From NCBI GenBank assembly GCA_977030845.1, contig OZ365113.1, positions 13,392,001 through 13,456,000 on the forward strand: DNA of 64,000 bases, written 5' to 3'. This document shows positions 22,986 through 34,257 of the stretch, in pieces; the first letter of the stretch is position 1, and the number at the start of each line of letters is the position of its first letter. The translations under genes and the position numbers were made by a program. The notes beneath the pieces are model-generated. The model ran no database searches and had not been told where the DNA came from. It saw nothing but the letters and a program-made list of their open reading frames with translations. The stretch is from Fimbriosthenelais zetlandica. Its lineage: Eukaryota.

Positions 22986-25900
22986 TCATTGAAGCCTTTG
23001 TATGAGGTCTGAAGGTATACCCATCTCGTGGAGTTTAGAGGCAGGTAACGAAGCTACCCTTGACAGAGAAGATCGTGATATAGAGCTCCACACTAGTTCT
23101 CGGAGAGGAGGGATGCGCAGCCAGATACCGAACACTTCTGATGTACGTTTAGTATCAATCTTAGTTACACCGCCATATACAGTCATGTAGCCACTCTGAA
23201 AAAAAAACCCACAGGCCTACTGTACTTCTGTATTTTGTATGTGAGGTTTTTTCAATCCCAAATAAATGTCAATTTTATTTATATGAAGGCTTATTGACTT
23301 ACCTTATTGACGGCGGCAGCGTGGAAATAGACAGGGACAGGTAAGCGGGCAGGTAGACATCGCCATCGTAATGTCTTCAAGTCTATCTCCCATAAATCAT
23401 CAAAAATTTGACTTCCATCGTATCCTCCACATATATATATACCTGGTGATAACAAGGACATTTATATTAATTACAAACATTAAAGATAGATAGTTCACCT
23501 CACCATACCACGTTCATTCACCCATTCATTTTGTATATTAATATTATAAATGACGAGATAAAAGAAACGTTTTGGTGGAAAAAAGCAATCTTTCTTACAA
23601 TTATCTATCTGTACCGCGCTGTGACATCTCCGTGCAGCAGGAAAACCTAAAGAATAACAAATTAAGATTCAATCAGAGTTTAAAATCTATCAAATACAAT
23701 CGATGGGTGAAAAATAGAATATGAATAAAAATGAGTTCACTTACAGTTAGTATTGCGGTCAGGCTGAGTGCTTGCAACACTCCAAGATTTACACTCCAAG
23801 TCACACACTGGTATCTGTCATAAATTAAATTGTTTTTAAATTATTCCAATAAATAAAGCTTGTCCTGAAACAGATCTGTGTATTACATGAACTGTCCATA
23901 CTCTGGAGATAAATTACTTTATACCAAGGCGGGGAGCTGGAAACATCCTGCTACCTACCCTTTCCAATTCATATGAAGCAGCCGCACGGCCTCCTCCGAA
24001 TACATACACCTTTTTGTCATAGAGGGCTACCTCATGTCGATATCTGAAAAGAGAAAGGCCATGTATACATATATATCCCTTACAAGAAAGGCAAAGTGTA
24101 GGGACATTTATGTCAAAGAATTATGTGTTAATGACCCTACCTGCCATGAGGCTTTTCTCCTTTAGCTTCAATATTTTCCCACATCCTGTCATTGAGATGT
24201 AGTCTAAATAAATCGGAGTTATATTCATAGCCAGTTGTTCCACCGAATACACAGATACTGTCCTCATCCAGAAACATTGCCTGTAAGATCAATGTCATAA
24301 GAAATGTGTAAATACTGTACTTTAAGTGGTAATTTTTTTATTTTTGTTTTAGTTAGAATTTGTATAGAGCCTGTTATGGGTGGATACCAGCTCACACTCT
24401 TGATTACACAAGTTTTCGAATGATTTTCAGCTGGGAGCTCTTTCTATGTGTATTACTAAATTGACTTCTGTGCAATGGATATTTCTATGTGCATGTGCTT
24501 TAGAACACCAACACCCTGAGGAGGGAGGTATTGGAAATGCCTTGGACAGCTCAGGGGATGATCGACCCTTAGATGATCATTAGTCAACTACCCTGTGTGA
24601 GCTGGCGCTCTAACCAACTGAGCTAACTCCCCTCCTAATTCCAAGAGAATCAATCATAAGAACCATGACACATACATGTCCATATGACCTCGTAGGTGGC
24701 AAACCGCTAGTTTCAATGCGGGTCCATTCCAATGTTTCCAAATTACAAACGTGCAAATCATTGCTTGAACTTTCTCCAAAGGGGACACCGGTGCCTCCGT
24801 ATACCAACATGTGACGTCCATGTATTAATGCTGGAATAGATCACAAAGGTTATCAAGTAATCAAATGTACGGTATTTAAGTTTACAAATGAGAGTACAAT
24901 ATAGCTTCGTTGATTCTATTTAATAGTTTGGTCGCACTACATGTGGTAGACAACACAACCTAATGCCTACAGGCTACACATGATATTTAGTACAATATAT
25001 TATCATGTAATGAATCGTGGACCCCCAGTCCCCTGTTACGGTATTGATAATACGTTACCTGAATGTGATGCTAATTCTACTGGCATATATCCATGGGTTT
25101 TTAATCGTTTCCATTTTCGGCGACAGAAAGTGAAACGCCACAACTGGAAAGAAAGATACAACTTTGGTATGCATCTTAAGAATATTAAGCTAATAGGCCA
25201 GGCCTATATGATATATCTAAATAATAAAAGATATCAGTAACAATTGTAGACTACCAGTATAATGTTGCAAGTTTTTATTACCGGTATGTAGAGTTGTGCC
25301 AAATACTTATCCAAAATGAATAAATAAATTCGTTAAAGGCACGGTAGAAGGTAAGTTGGAAATCAAAAATTACTTCTCTGAATAAAGGATAATAGGTATC
25401 TCCATTGTTTTCCACGTCCCAAAAATCTGGGTTGAAACCGCCTATTGAATAGAGGGACGTCTCATCCACGATAATTCTATGTCCGCTACGGGGCGATGGC
25501 AGATCCAACACTGAAAATATGTAGAAAATTAATATTGCAATTATTATATTATTAGCTGCACTAAAAATACTAACTGGGTTACTCATATTAACTGCCTCAG
25601 CCATAAGGGGGAGATGACAAGGATTTTTTACTTAGACAATACGGTATCTAGGACGGTACCATACATGATTAATTTTAATTAAAAATATTGACTCGATAAA
25701 TTGATTTCTAAATCATGTAAAAACAGACCATGGCTAGGCCTTGGGATGTCTTGAATGTCCTGTACTAAGAAGTACAGGCCTACAGTCTACAGTAGGCCTA
25801 ACACTAACAGGCTACCCTGCCCATGACATGTAGGCCTACCCCCTCAAGACTCGGACTCAATATTTTAAAAATATTGACTAATTGAGATTTGAGGTGGATA

Positions 25901-26213
25901 AATTGATTTTAAAATCATTTATTAAAAACAGACCATGGCTAGGCCTTGGGATGTCCTGCATGACATGTACAGGCCTACAGTACACCAACAAGCTACCCTG
26001 CCCATTGATAGGCCTAGGCCTACCCCCTGGCGGCCTGACCCTGCCCTGCACGCACATGCATGGATAAAACGTGATGGGGGCGGTGTTTGTTTTCTTACGG
26101 TATATAGTTATTTCAGACACAAATACATGAAAATAGATACCTTCTGCATCCTGGGTTGAAGATCGAACAGGTTTCAAATGTTCGAATGAAAATAAGTGCT
26201 GATTATTAGCCAT
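22986..26213 (-). CDS. KLHDC10: Kelch domain-containing protein 10 (380 aa)
   Basis: 10 phase-consistent exons: 26213-26141, 25510-25374, 25143-25059, 24830-24676, 24280-24141, 24043-23959, 23814-23745, 23646-23599, 23442-23303, 23195-22986. Motifs PSPRSGHR, YPLFRE, GGTGVPFGE, FPAARRCHS, PVYFHAAAV and a C-terminal VHL/SOCS-box-like PPLRELVW. Confidence 0.95.
24545..24632 (-). mobile_element. tRNA-derived SINE head or tRNA pseudogene in a KLHDC10 intron
   Basis: GGGGAGTTAGCTCAGTTGGTTAGAGCG (A-box/D-arm) and a degenerate B-box GGGTCGATCATCCC. The anticodon and T arms do not form a clean cloverleaf. Confidence 0.55.
25680..26027. repeat. Diverged tandem duplication (about 165 bp x2) in KLHDC10 intron 1
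   Basis: Copies about 25680-25843 and 25866-26027 share AAAAACAGACCATGGCTAGGCCTTGGGATGTC and GCTACCCTGCCCAT...TAGGCCTACCCC. Confidence 0.85.
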
Positions 26214-26348
26214 TTGAGTGCTTGTTAATTCAGTCCTAACGCTACACCGAGTGAGATGTTGTTCATTTACTTCATTGACTGGTACCAGGGCCTATCGTCA
26301 ATAGGAAAAGCAGGGGACCCGCAGAAAAACCGGAAGTAGTTGATAAAC
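26214..26348. promoter_or_regulatory. 135-bp bidirectional promoter KLHDC10/ZC3HC1
   Basis: Divergent ATGs at 26213 and 26349. ETS motif CCGGAAGT 26330-26337; YY1-like AACATGGCGGC over the ZC3HC1 ATG. Confidence 0.7.
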
Positions 26349-29300
26349 ATGGCGGCGGTTGATCGTGATGTGGAGGTGAAGAAGCTTCTGAACTCATTTA
26401 TCTTTGCTGATACCAATGATTCAGGCGTCAAAGATAGGTAAGATGACTTCTAACGTTTCACATCATATTCTCAAGTCATTCTTACTGAAATAATTTTGCC
26501 GATCGCAAGATATTTATCACTTTGTCACCAGTTAATGACTGTCACTAGTGTCAGTGCCCGGCCCAGGGCAGGGGCAGTACGGTGGCCGGTGCGGCATCCC
26601 ACACTGGTACTGTCCACAGTACAGGCACAGACAGTGCAGTGACAGTGGCAGTGGGCCACTGGCCACAGACAGTCACAGTCAAGCTGATCATAAGGCTTAT
26701 GTCAGGACTCAAGTCGGGAATTGTTTTCTCTTTTTCCTATTTGAAATTTTCTATATTGAATGAGTAAATGAATGAATGAACTATATTGCGGACTCATCTA
26801 CGTACCGTACATTACAATACATAAAGATTGGTGTCACATCAAAATAATCTAAATAGGCCGAGAGGGACTGAATGGCATAATTTATTTTATTATTTATAAC
26901 TGTAAAGAATAACAACTACATCAATCTTGTTTTTTTCAGTGCGAATCCCGCAAAAGACAATGAAACTGGAAACAATCGAGATATAAAGCCTAGGAGTAGG
27001 CAGGCTTTTTTGGAACGTGTCAGAACGTTTACTGTATCCTTTGAGGAATCTTTTGTATTTTCAACATTGCCATTTCGGAAATTAGATGTAGAAATCCATA
27101 TATAATTTAAACTATCTACCGGGGTACACTTCATTTTTTTTTATTGAAAGGCGCATAACTGTAGGAGGCAGCTATTGACCTATGACTACTGGTATAGTAG
27201 TGTATAGGGAAGGGACATCCTAGCTTTTAATTTTGTAGAGTATATTTTTTGGGTGTTTGAAAATGTATTACACCTTAACCCTCGGAAAGCCTATGAATTG
27301 GTTCGCCAAACCGTTATGGCTCTCGCCCCTTGTATGCGCTAGATACGGTTGGAAAAATACGGGCATCGACTGTCTTCATTGTGTTGATTGTGGGAAGTAC
27401 ATCTCAGGCCGTTTACCCTCTTCTAGTAACCCAACTGTCTGTGAGTACCTAATTAATTAATCACTTATGTTTGGGATTTTATTCTCTCTTGACCCATGAG
27501 CTAATAAATCCAGACGTATCCAATCTAGACAATAAGTTCTATCACAGTAGGTCTATACTGTATACATGACCGTTTCCTGTAATTTACTTCTTGCAGATGA
27601 TGAGTGCTGCAGGCAGGTAAACAACTCCCTGACGACTGGACATATATCAGCATGTCCATGGGCAAACTGCCCATCACCTCGTCACTTCATGAGGATCGCA
27701 GACAACACTTCACAAACAGCCTTACAGATGTTCAAACAACGTCTATCACAGCTTCTTCTCATGAAGGACAGATTGCCCATTGTTACCGACGAAACTATGG
27801 GATCCATAGTAAGAACAATTCTCAAACATATCTAATCTTTCTCACTTTGATATCACTTACAAATATTTAGCAATGAATTTATGGAAGTTCTTCTTGTTCT
27901 ATAATTTACGTGAGACAGTCCGAAAAGGGCGCCTGGGTCAATATTAATCCAAAATATTGAGGCCCCTGGGAACCATTGTGTGAAGTCTGGCAATCCAGCG
28001 TCTCTCCTCCCTGTCTCGAGACAGTTTTGCTTCTAATGTGTCAGGTTGAAACCTGATAAAGTTGAGAATGGAGATGCTGACATGTTGCCATTTATCAGAA
28101 ATTTCTGAATTGTTCTATGTCCTTTATATCCAACGATATTTCTACACTCAGAGAAATATTTTAATAATAAATATTTTAATAAATATTTCATAATTTATGA
28201 TTTCAGAATATCACTTCCGAACACTTATCTCGTTTGGCTGATGTTTGTGACCATAGTGAAGACTCAGATGTTCTGAAGTCTTCCATGGTTTTAGCCTTGA
28301 CGGGATGGAGCACCAGCACTAGGTATGTGAACTTACGTGTGATTCCTAACTTTCAGCTAGAATATTTTTGTAAACTTTTTTAAATAACACTCTTGTGAAC
28401 TTTTCAGAGGAGATTTCCCTAATGCCACTGTGAGCTGCTCCATATGCAATCGCCATGTTGGTCTCTGGAATGTGTTGAGTGTGGCGAACCCTGAACCAGA
28501 TGAAGAGGAGGAAGAGATGGAGGAAACTAGGGATGTACCTATTGTGGATTCTGTAGAGATGCCTAACTCAACGGCTGTTCTAAACAGTAATGTGAACATA
28601 CATGAAACTGCCAGACTAGAAACTACACAACAACATTCAGCCATGGAAGAAGATAAAGAGAATCACTTAAACTCAATGCAAGGTGATCCTGGGCAAAGTA
28701 CTGACAACAATACTTTAGATGACAATAAAGTTGACTGTATACCGGTCGACACCACTAGTACACATCAAAAAGTTGAATCAGAGGAATTAAACGAATCTGG
28801 CGGATCTGAGAATTTCACTCTTTTCCTCCCTAATACGGATGAAGCTGCATCTGAGGCTGAAAGCGTTATCAACAAAGGAGTGACTGAGATGGTATCTGAA
28901 ACCGAAAGTGTTAACAAAGGAGTGACAGAGATGGTATCTGAAACCGAAAGTGTTAACAAAGGAATGACAGAGATGGTGTCTGAGACCGAAAGTGAAAACA
29001 AAGGAGTGATAGAGATGGTAGCTGAGACTGAAAATGTTAACAAAGGAATGACAGAGATGGTGTCTGAGACCGAAAGTGAAAACAAAGGAGTGATAGAGAT
29101 GGTAGCTGAGACTGAAAATGTTAACAAAGGAGTGACAGAGATGGTGTCTGAGACCGAAAGTGAAAACAAAGGAGTGATAGAGATGGTAGCTGAGACTGAA
29201 AATGTTAACAAAGGAGTGACAGAGATGGTGTCTGAGACCGGAAATTTGAACAGTGGTGTGACAGAGATAAGATCAGAAATTGCAAATATTTCTAACCAAG

Positions 29301-30378
29301 GAATACCAGAGACAGAGGTGCATGAAGAGAGTGAGAAAAATGATTTTGTTAGTCTGTCTCAAACTTCCTCCGTTCAAGAAGAGACCACACAGGACACTGA
29401 TGACAAAGTTGAGAAAGACAATATTAAGATAGATGCACACGGTGATTCACAGAAGGTACCTGAAATTATCAGCGAAAACTTGGATAGTGACAAGGATGAA
29501 AAGCAATGCCCCGACCAAAATTCCGAAGTGGAAAAAATTGCTGTTTCAATGTGTAGTCCCCAAAAGAGCTCTTCAAATGAAGGAGATTCCCTATATAACT
29601 TAGAATCCAGCGGAAAGTCCCCTGCTCCCCAAGAGTCAGTGTCTATGAAGGATGAATCTCCATTGATGACTATGGCTACTGGAACAATTGATGTATCTAA
29701 CGGTGCAAAACATGTGGACGAGATGGATGGAATAAGACCGTGTACCCCAGTAAAAAGACCTGTAGTGGAGGAAGAAGATACAGCGCAGCCATCAGCAAAG
29801 AAGCCCAGAATACAGGTATGCAAGAAATAAAGTTTCCATATGATTTTATTTAAATTTATTTACTGAGAAATGGTCTTTGGAACTTGCAAGAATCTTCCAT
29901 CTGCTGTAAAAAATAGTGTTGTTTTGTTACAAATTTATATTGTACAATTACTTCTCTTTCAAGCCCAAAATCCAGAGGTCAGCTTTCCGTCCATTGATGG
30001 AGCATTATACCTGGTGCCCATGGGTATCAGCTAGTCAACCTGAGTATGAGAGTTTACCATCTACACCATCCCCAACAAAGCAAACACCAAACACCCCAGA
30101 CCTGCCAGGATGGCTTCATGCCCTCTATCTACTTCTCCCTGAATTTGATCCCTCTCTGAGCAACTGTATAAGAATGAAGGCCAATCGGGTAAGTCTTGTG
30201 GCATAAAACTTTCTCCTAAAGCTATCACATACTAGTTATTACATTCCAATGGAAAATCATAATGGCAAAGGTATTTAGTTAATGTATTATTGCTTTATAT
30301 TTTCAGACTACACCTGAAGCACTGCGAAGTATTAGGAAATTATTCAACGGATGGACCACCTGCGATCTATATAGATGA
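26349..30378 (+). CDS. ZC3HC1: Zinc finger C3HC-type protein 1 / NIPA (788 aa)
   Basis: Exons 26349-26437, 26940-27033, 27290-27440, 27597-27808, 28207-28322, 28408-29815, 29964-30188, 30307-30378. AFLERVRTF, WFAKPLWLSPLVCARYGW, C-x2-C...H-x3-CPW (BIR-like 1), CSICNRHVGLW...EHYTWCPW (BIR-like 2). Confidence 0.92.
27034..27289 (+). other. U12-type (minor spliceosome) GT-AG intron, ZC3HC1 intron 2
   Basis: 5'ss GTATCCTTT; branch-like ACCTTAAC 27272-27279 just before the AG; no polypyrimidine tract; splicing keeps the frame (RTFT|PMNW). Confidence 0.85.
28862..29278 (+). repeat. Coding 42-bp (14-aa) minisatellite in ZC3HC1 exon 6
   Basis: About 9 units of (S/N)(V/E)NKG(V/M)(T/I)EMV(S/A)ETE plus one degenerate unit; the later units alternate as an 84-bp dimer. 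Confidence 0.95.
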
Positions 30379-31569
30379 ACTAGTTTTATACTGCATGTTT
30401 ATGTGAACAATGTTAGATTAACCTCCATATCCAAAACCAGAAAAGAATTGAGGTGAAGCTTATATGATGAAGAATCTAGCTGTATGGCGTGTGAGACATA
30501 CCTGGTATTTTATTATTTCTCGGTCATTTCACATATGGATGCTAAGGTGTGCCCTATTTAATCGCGGTTGTAATGTCATCATTTCCTCTGGTAATCCTTG
30601 ACATTTGCATTAAGGTTGATTGATGAAAATAGATATTTTTCAGTCTTTCTTTACTCGAGTTATTAGTATGTCATAGGGAATATTATATATATATTTAATC
30701 TTCAGGAACATTACGCAAATCTGCCTTATTGTATGCATGTAGTTCAAAAATGATAAATTGCCTAATGTCTTATTTTTTCTGTACTGCCAGTGATTTTGTG
30801 TTATAAAGATTAATAAAACCGGATTTGTGATTTTCTTAAGTTTAGTAGAGGCTCCATTGAAAAATAAATACCATGATCAACTTACTGTGAGGAGAAGTTT
30901 ATTCTCAAGTAACAAGTATTCATGTATACACGCACTTTGTGTAAGGCCTAACCATTCACTCTGAACGTTTAGTTATATAAGTATTTATATAAATCATTCA
31001 CAATTAGCATAAGAACTGGTTGTTGATACATCTGTACAATTAGCTAGCGTTAATGAAATGTATATCAAAGCATAAATGCCCCATGAGCTGAAAATCCTGA
31101 ATTGTTTTTCACCACTGACTGGCCCAGATATATTATTAAAATTCACTAACAGGGCAATGATTTTTAGAACAACTTTGTGAGTTTTTTCACTTTCCTTCTT
31201 GTAGGTTTATTAACGGAAGTCTAATGATATCCCTGTAGGGATTTTCAGCTCAAGGCCCTCGTTTCTCATCTATGTTGCACAAGTATATCCTCATAGTACA
31301 TCTGCCTATTTTATAATGAAGTGGGTTAATATCAATAGTATATTTCAGTCCTAACATCGCGCAAACGCTGGCGAGATTTCGCTCAATAACCCTTCTGAAT
31401 TAGAGAATTGTGCCTGATGGCAAACAAATGAAGTTTAATGACGCTTGCTTTGGAGTTGCTGCATACATTTGCATCTCTGTGGTTTTGGTACCTACAACGG
31501 ACAACAACGATATGGCATTCCGCCGATTCCTACATCCACTACATCAACAAATAGGTTAAAAATGCTTCA

Positions 31570-33199
31570 TGATTGGTATGATACAAAAATTGGCATGAAG
31601 TGATTATTATATGTGTCCATGAGATGCCGGGCTCCAGTACTTTGGATGTGGCATGGGGGATTAAGGCGTACACAAACTTGGGGTGAGGTATTCACTAAGG
31701 GGACACTATTCCGGTACATATGTACGAATTCTTCAAATCAAACCTACACACTGAAACCTCTTCATAACAGAGGTTTCCTCACATATTAATTGTACAATCG
31801 TTTTATAATTATCATAATGCAGTGAATGTCCAGGCGCTTCACTGAAGGAAAAACCAAGGAAAATAAATTTGATAGTAAATCACATTTGAAGTGTGAAATT
31901 AGAACATAATCAATTCAATTATTAAATGTTCCCTACAAATCAAGATTCTTAATTGATTTCCTAAGAATTACAAAAGATATAATTAACTAATATCTACAAA
32001 GTTTAAGGCATTGTATGCCACGTTTTTTTTTTTACTCATTCCCATACCATTGTGGTCTGCATCCCATCAAGATCAATCCATAACTCTATGGCAGACTCAA
32101 TGAGGAAGAGTCGCCCATTGAAACGGCAAAGATTCCACGAAGGATGAAAGTCATAAATCATACTAAATAACTTATTTCAATAAATTGTGGACAAATTATA
32201 AAGACGATCAATTATACATTTTACTCGTTGGAGCGATGGTAAAGGATCTTCCAACATAAACGACTGGATGCACAGGGAATGGACAATGGATAATTACGAG
32301 TTCACTACATATCTATCTCTATACTTGAATCAGTCACAACTATGCGCCACCTCCGAAATATTGATTCATTGTATCTAACAATATTTGAATAAACACTTGT
32401 GAAAATAGTCTATAGCATGAGCAAGGACTGGACACACTGCTTCGAGTTTGAGTTGTCTGCCTGCCTGTGAAAATTAAATCTAGCGCCATGGAAAACTGAT
32501 GACTGAAAACCATACAACTTTCTACAATCTTAGAGCTAATAGAAATCTATGTATTCATTAAAAGTTGATTTAGAAACAAGAGAAATCGAAAATTCAAACA
32601 TCCCAACTTCGGAGAGTGATGTTGGCACAGAAAATGCAAGAAATGAAATAATCACGTATCAGGGGCATGTATGTTCTAATGCATTCCCCATGAAACTGCA
32701 CATTTTTAATTTTTTGCTAGGGAAAGCAAGGAACTATAACAAAAGAGTATCAATACGAAAAGATCAATAACTCGTTTACGATATAACAACTAAACATCAT
32801 AGGCAATCACAGATACAAAGAGGGGGTCAAGGAAGGAGTGGTATATATTGAGTTTTTGGTTATCAGAAAACATAGATTCAATGTTAACATCATTGTACCA
32901 TGAATATCATCAATCCCACAGTCTTGTCCATCCAGGGTTTTCACAATTAATCCAGCATGTATAAAATTGTTTTCTGCTTGGAAACATTTAAGAATCTTTA
33001 GCCTTAGTATTCCAAAATAATTTATCTATTATACTGTGTACCTCAAATAGAATGGCCTAGAGGGAAATGGCGACAATCTGACATCAATGGAGTACTTTAA
33101 TAATAGCTTCCCTCTAGGGTCGTTTTCTGGTAGGCTTTCCAAGGTATATATCGGGACGCTGACGGACAGGAACTGTGTCCATGGCAACAATAATGTCAT
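31570..33199 (-). CDS. Possible unannotated small multi-exon gene (model uncertain)
   Basis: AG/GT-bounded open segments 33002-32899, 32460(or 32464)-32397, 32263-32225, 32162-32048 chain in phase (LKILKCFQAENNFIHAGLIVKTLDGQDCGIDDIHG...RLCWKILYHRSNDMIYDFHPSWNLCRFNGRLFLIE). Ends and downstream frame are ambiguous; no recognised family. Confidence 0.35.
33175..33188. promoter_or_regulatory. RFX X-box-like motif
   Basis: GTGTCCATGGCAAC. Confidence 0.4.
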
Positions 33200-34257
33200 C
33201 ACAGGTGACGGAAAACAGGCTAACAACGTAAAGGTTACATCCAAAGTCTGGGCGGTTTGTTTAATGAATATTCAAGAATGTTTTTAATGATATGGATAAG
33301 ATAGGCGTTGGTCTGGCAGTGGTAGCAGGGCCGTTCATGGAGATTGCTTCTATTTAGTATTGTGGACATTGTAGATGTGGTAATTGGGTATTATATATAA
33401 ATAGGGTTTTCCAAGTGTATAAAGGTACCGTTAATGAGATTTTCTAAGACATGTACAAGTGAACTTCAGTGATGTCACTTTTTCCCATGAATTGGACCAG
33501 TCAAATTGGTAGTTCCTCATCAGACTAGGACGTTATCTCTGCACCTTACACCAATTTCAGGGCAGGTGTTCCCTTCATTACAAATAGACTTTTTTGTAGG
33601 ACGGTCATTCTAATTGTGCAGTCATAAATCTCTATAGAGATCAGAAGAATTGAAAAGTTTTGAAAGGTTATAAAAGAACCCAGGGCCATCTCTGAATGAG
33701 TGAGTCTCAGGAAACCAAAATCATAGATGAAACGCATAAAAAGATTCGGACATTCGCAAAATTAAATACAGAATGCCATGCCACGTAGCAGTTAGCTAAT
33801 CATGTGCTATACCCTACGTGTTCAAGATCAGAACAACTGAAACTTACTTTAAAATCTAGGGAAATCATTTTTTTTTCTTTAAATAATAATAAAACAAATT
33901 TTGTAAAGGATAAAGTATCTCCAACACTATCACCCCAGCACCAGAATGAATATAAATACTGCTGTAAATGCTTTTGTAACTCTGAAATAAACCTGCCCAA
34001 ATGTCGAAGAGAAACTCTTAATTTAACTTTGCCGAGCAAATACAAGTAAATAAGATATTTAGCGGGTGATCATGCCATTACACTGGGTGACATAACTTAC
34101 TAGGGGACATATAATGGTATATATGACATGAGATTTACCCACTGAGACCACTGCCAGCCCTATACCATTCACATGTTCATGAGAGAGGATGATAATCAAT
34201 GGGATAATGGAGATGAACGGTGTATATACAAATGATGACTAGAGGTTCCGCCCAATG

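Noticed and set aside
23912-23958. Intron read-through giving a second FPAPR motif in KLHDC10
   Set aside because: Hits a stop after 15 codons; the true FPAARRCH exon is at 23646-23599.
24545-24632. Functional tRNA gene
   Set aside because: No clean anticodon arm, T arm or acceptor pairing; kept only as a SINE-like remnant.
25511-25604. ATG 25604 as the KLHDC10 start
   Set aside because: A strong acceptor at 25511 and a phase-matched upstream exon (26213-26141) explain the N-terminus better.
26548-26767. ORFs in the CAGT-rich stretch of ZC3HC1 intron 1
   Set aside because: Low-complexity intronic sequence with no splice or homology support.
28862-29278. Regular 42-bp repeats as a CRISPR-like array
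   Set aside because: Head-to-tail tandem units without spacers, inside a eukaryotic exon.
28765-29823. Minus-strand ORFs with a TFSVSATISI repeat
   Set aside because: Antisense reading of the ZC3HC1 coding minisatellite and exon 6.
33087-33287. Plus-strand ORF with a RHIM-like CVHGNNNVI
   Set aside because: The match arises from the X-box sequence CCATGGCAAC, lacks the core Q, and has no supporting exons.
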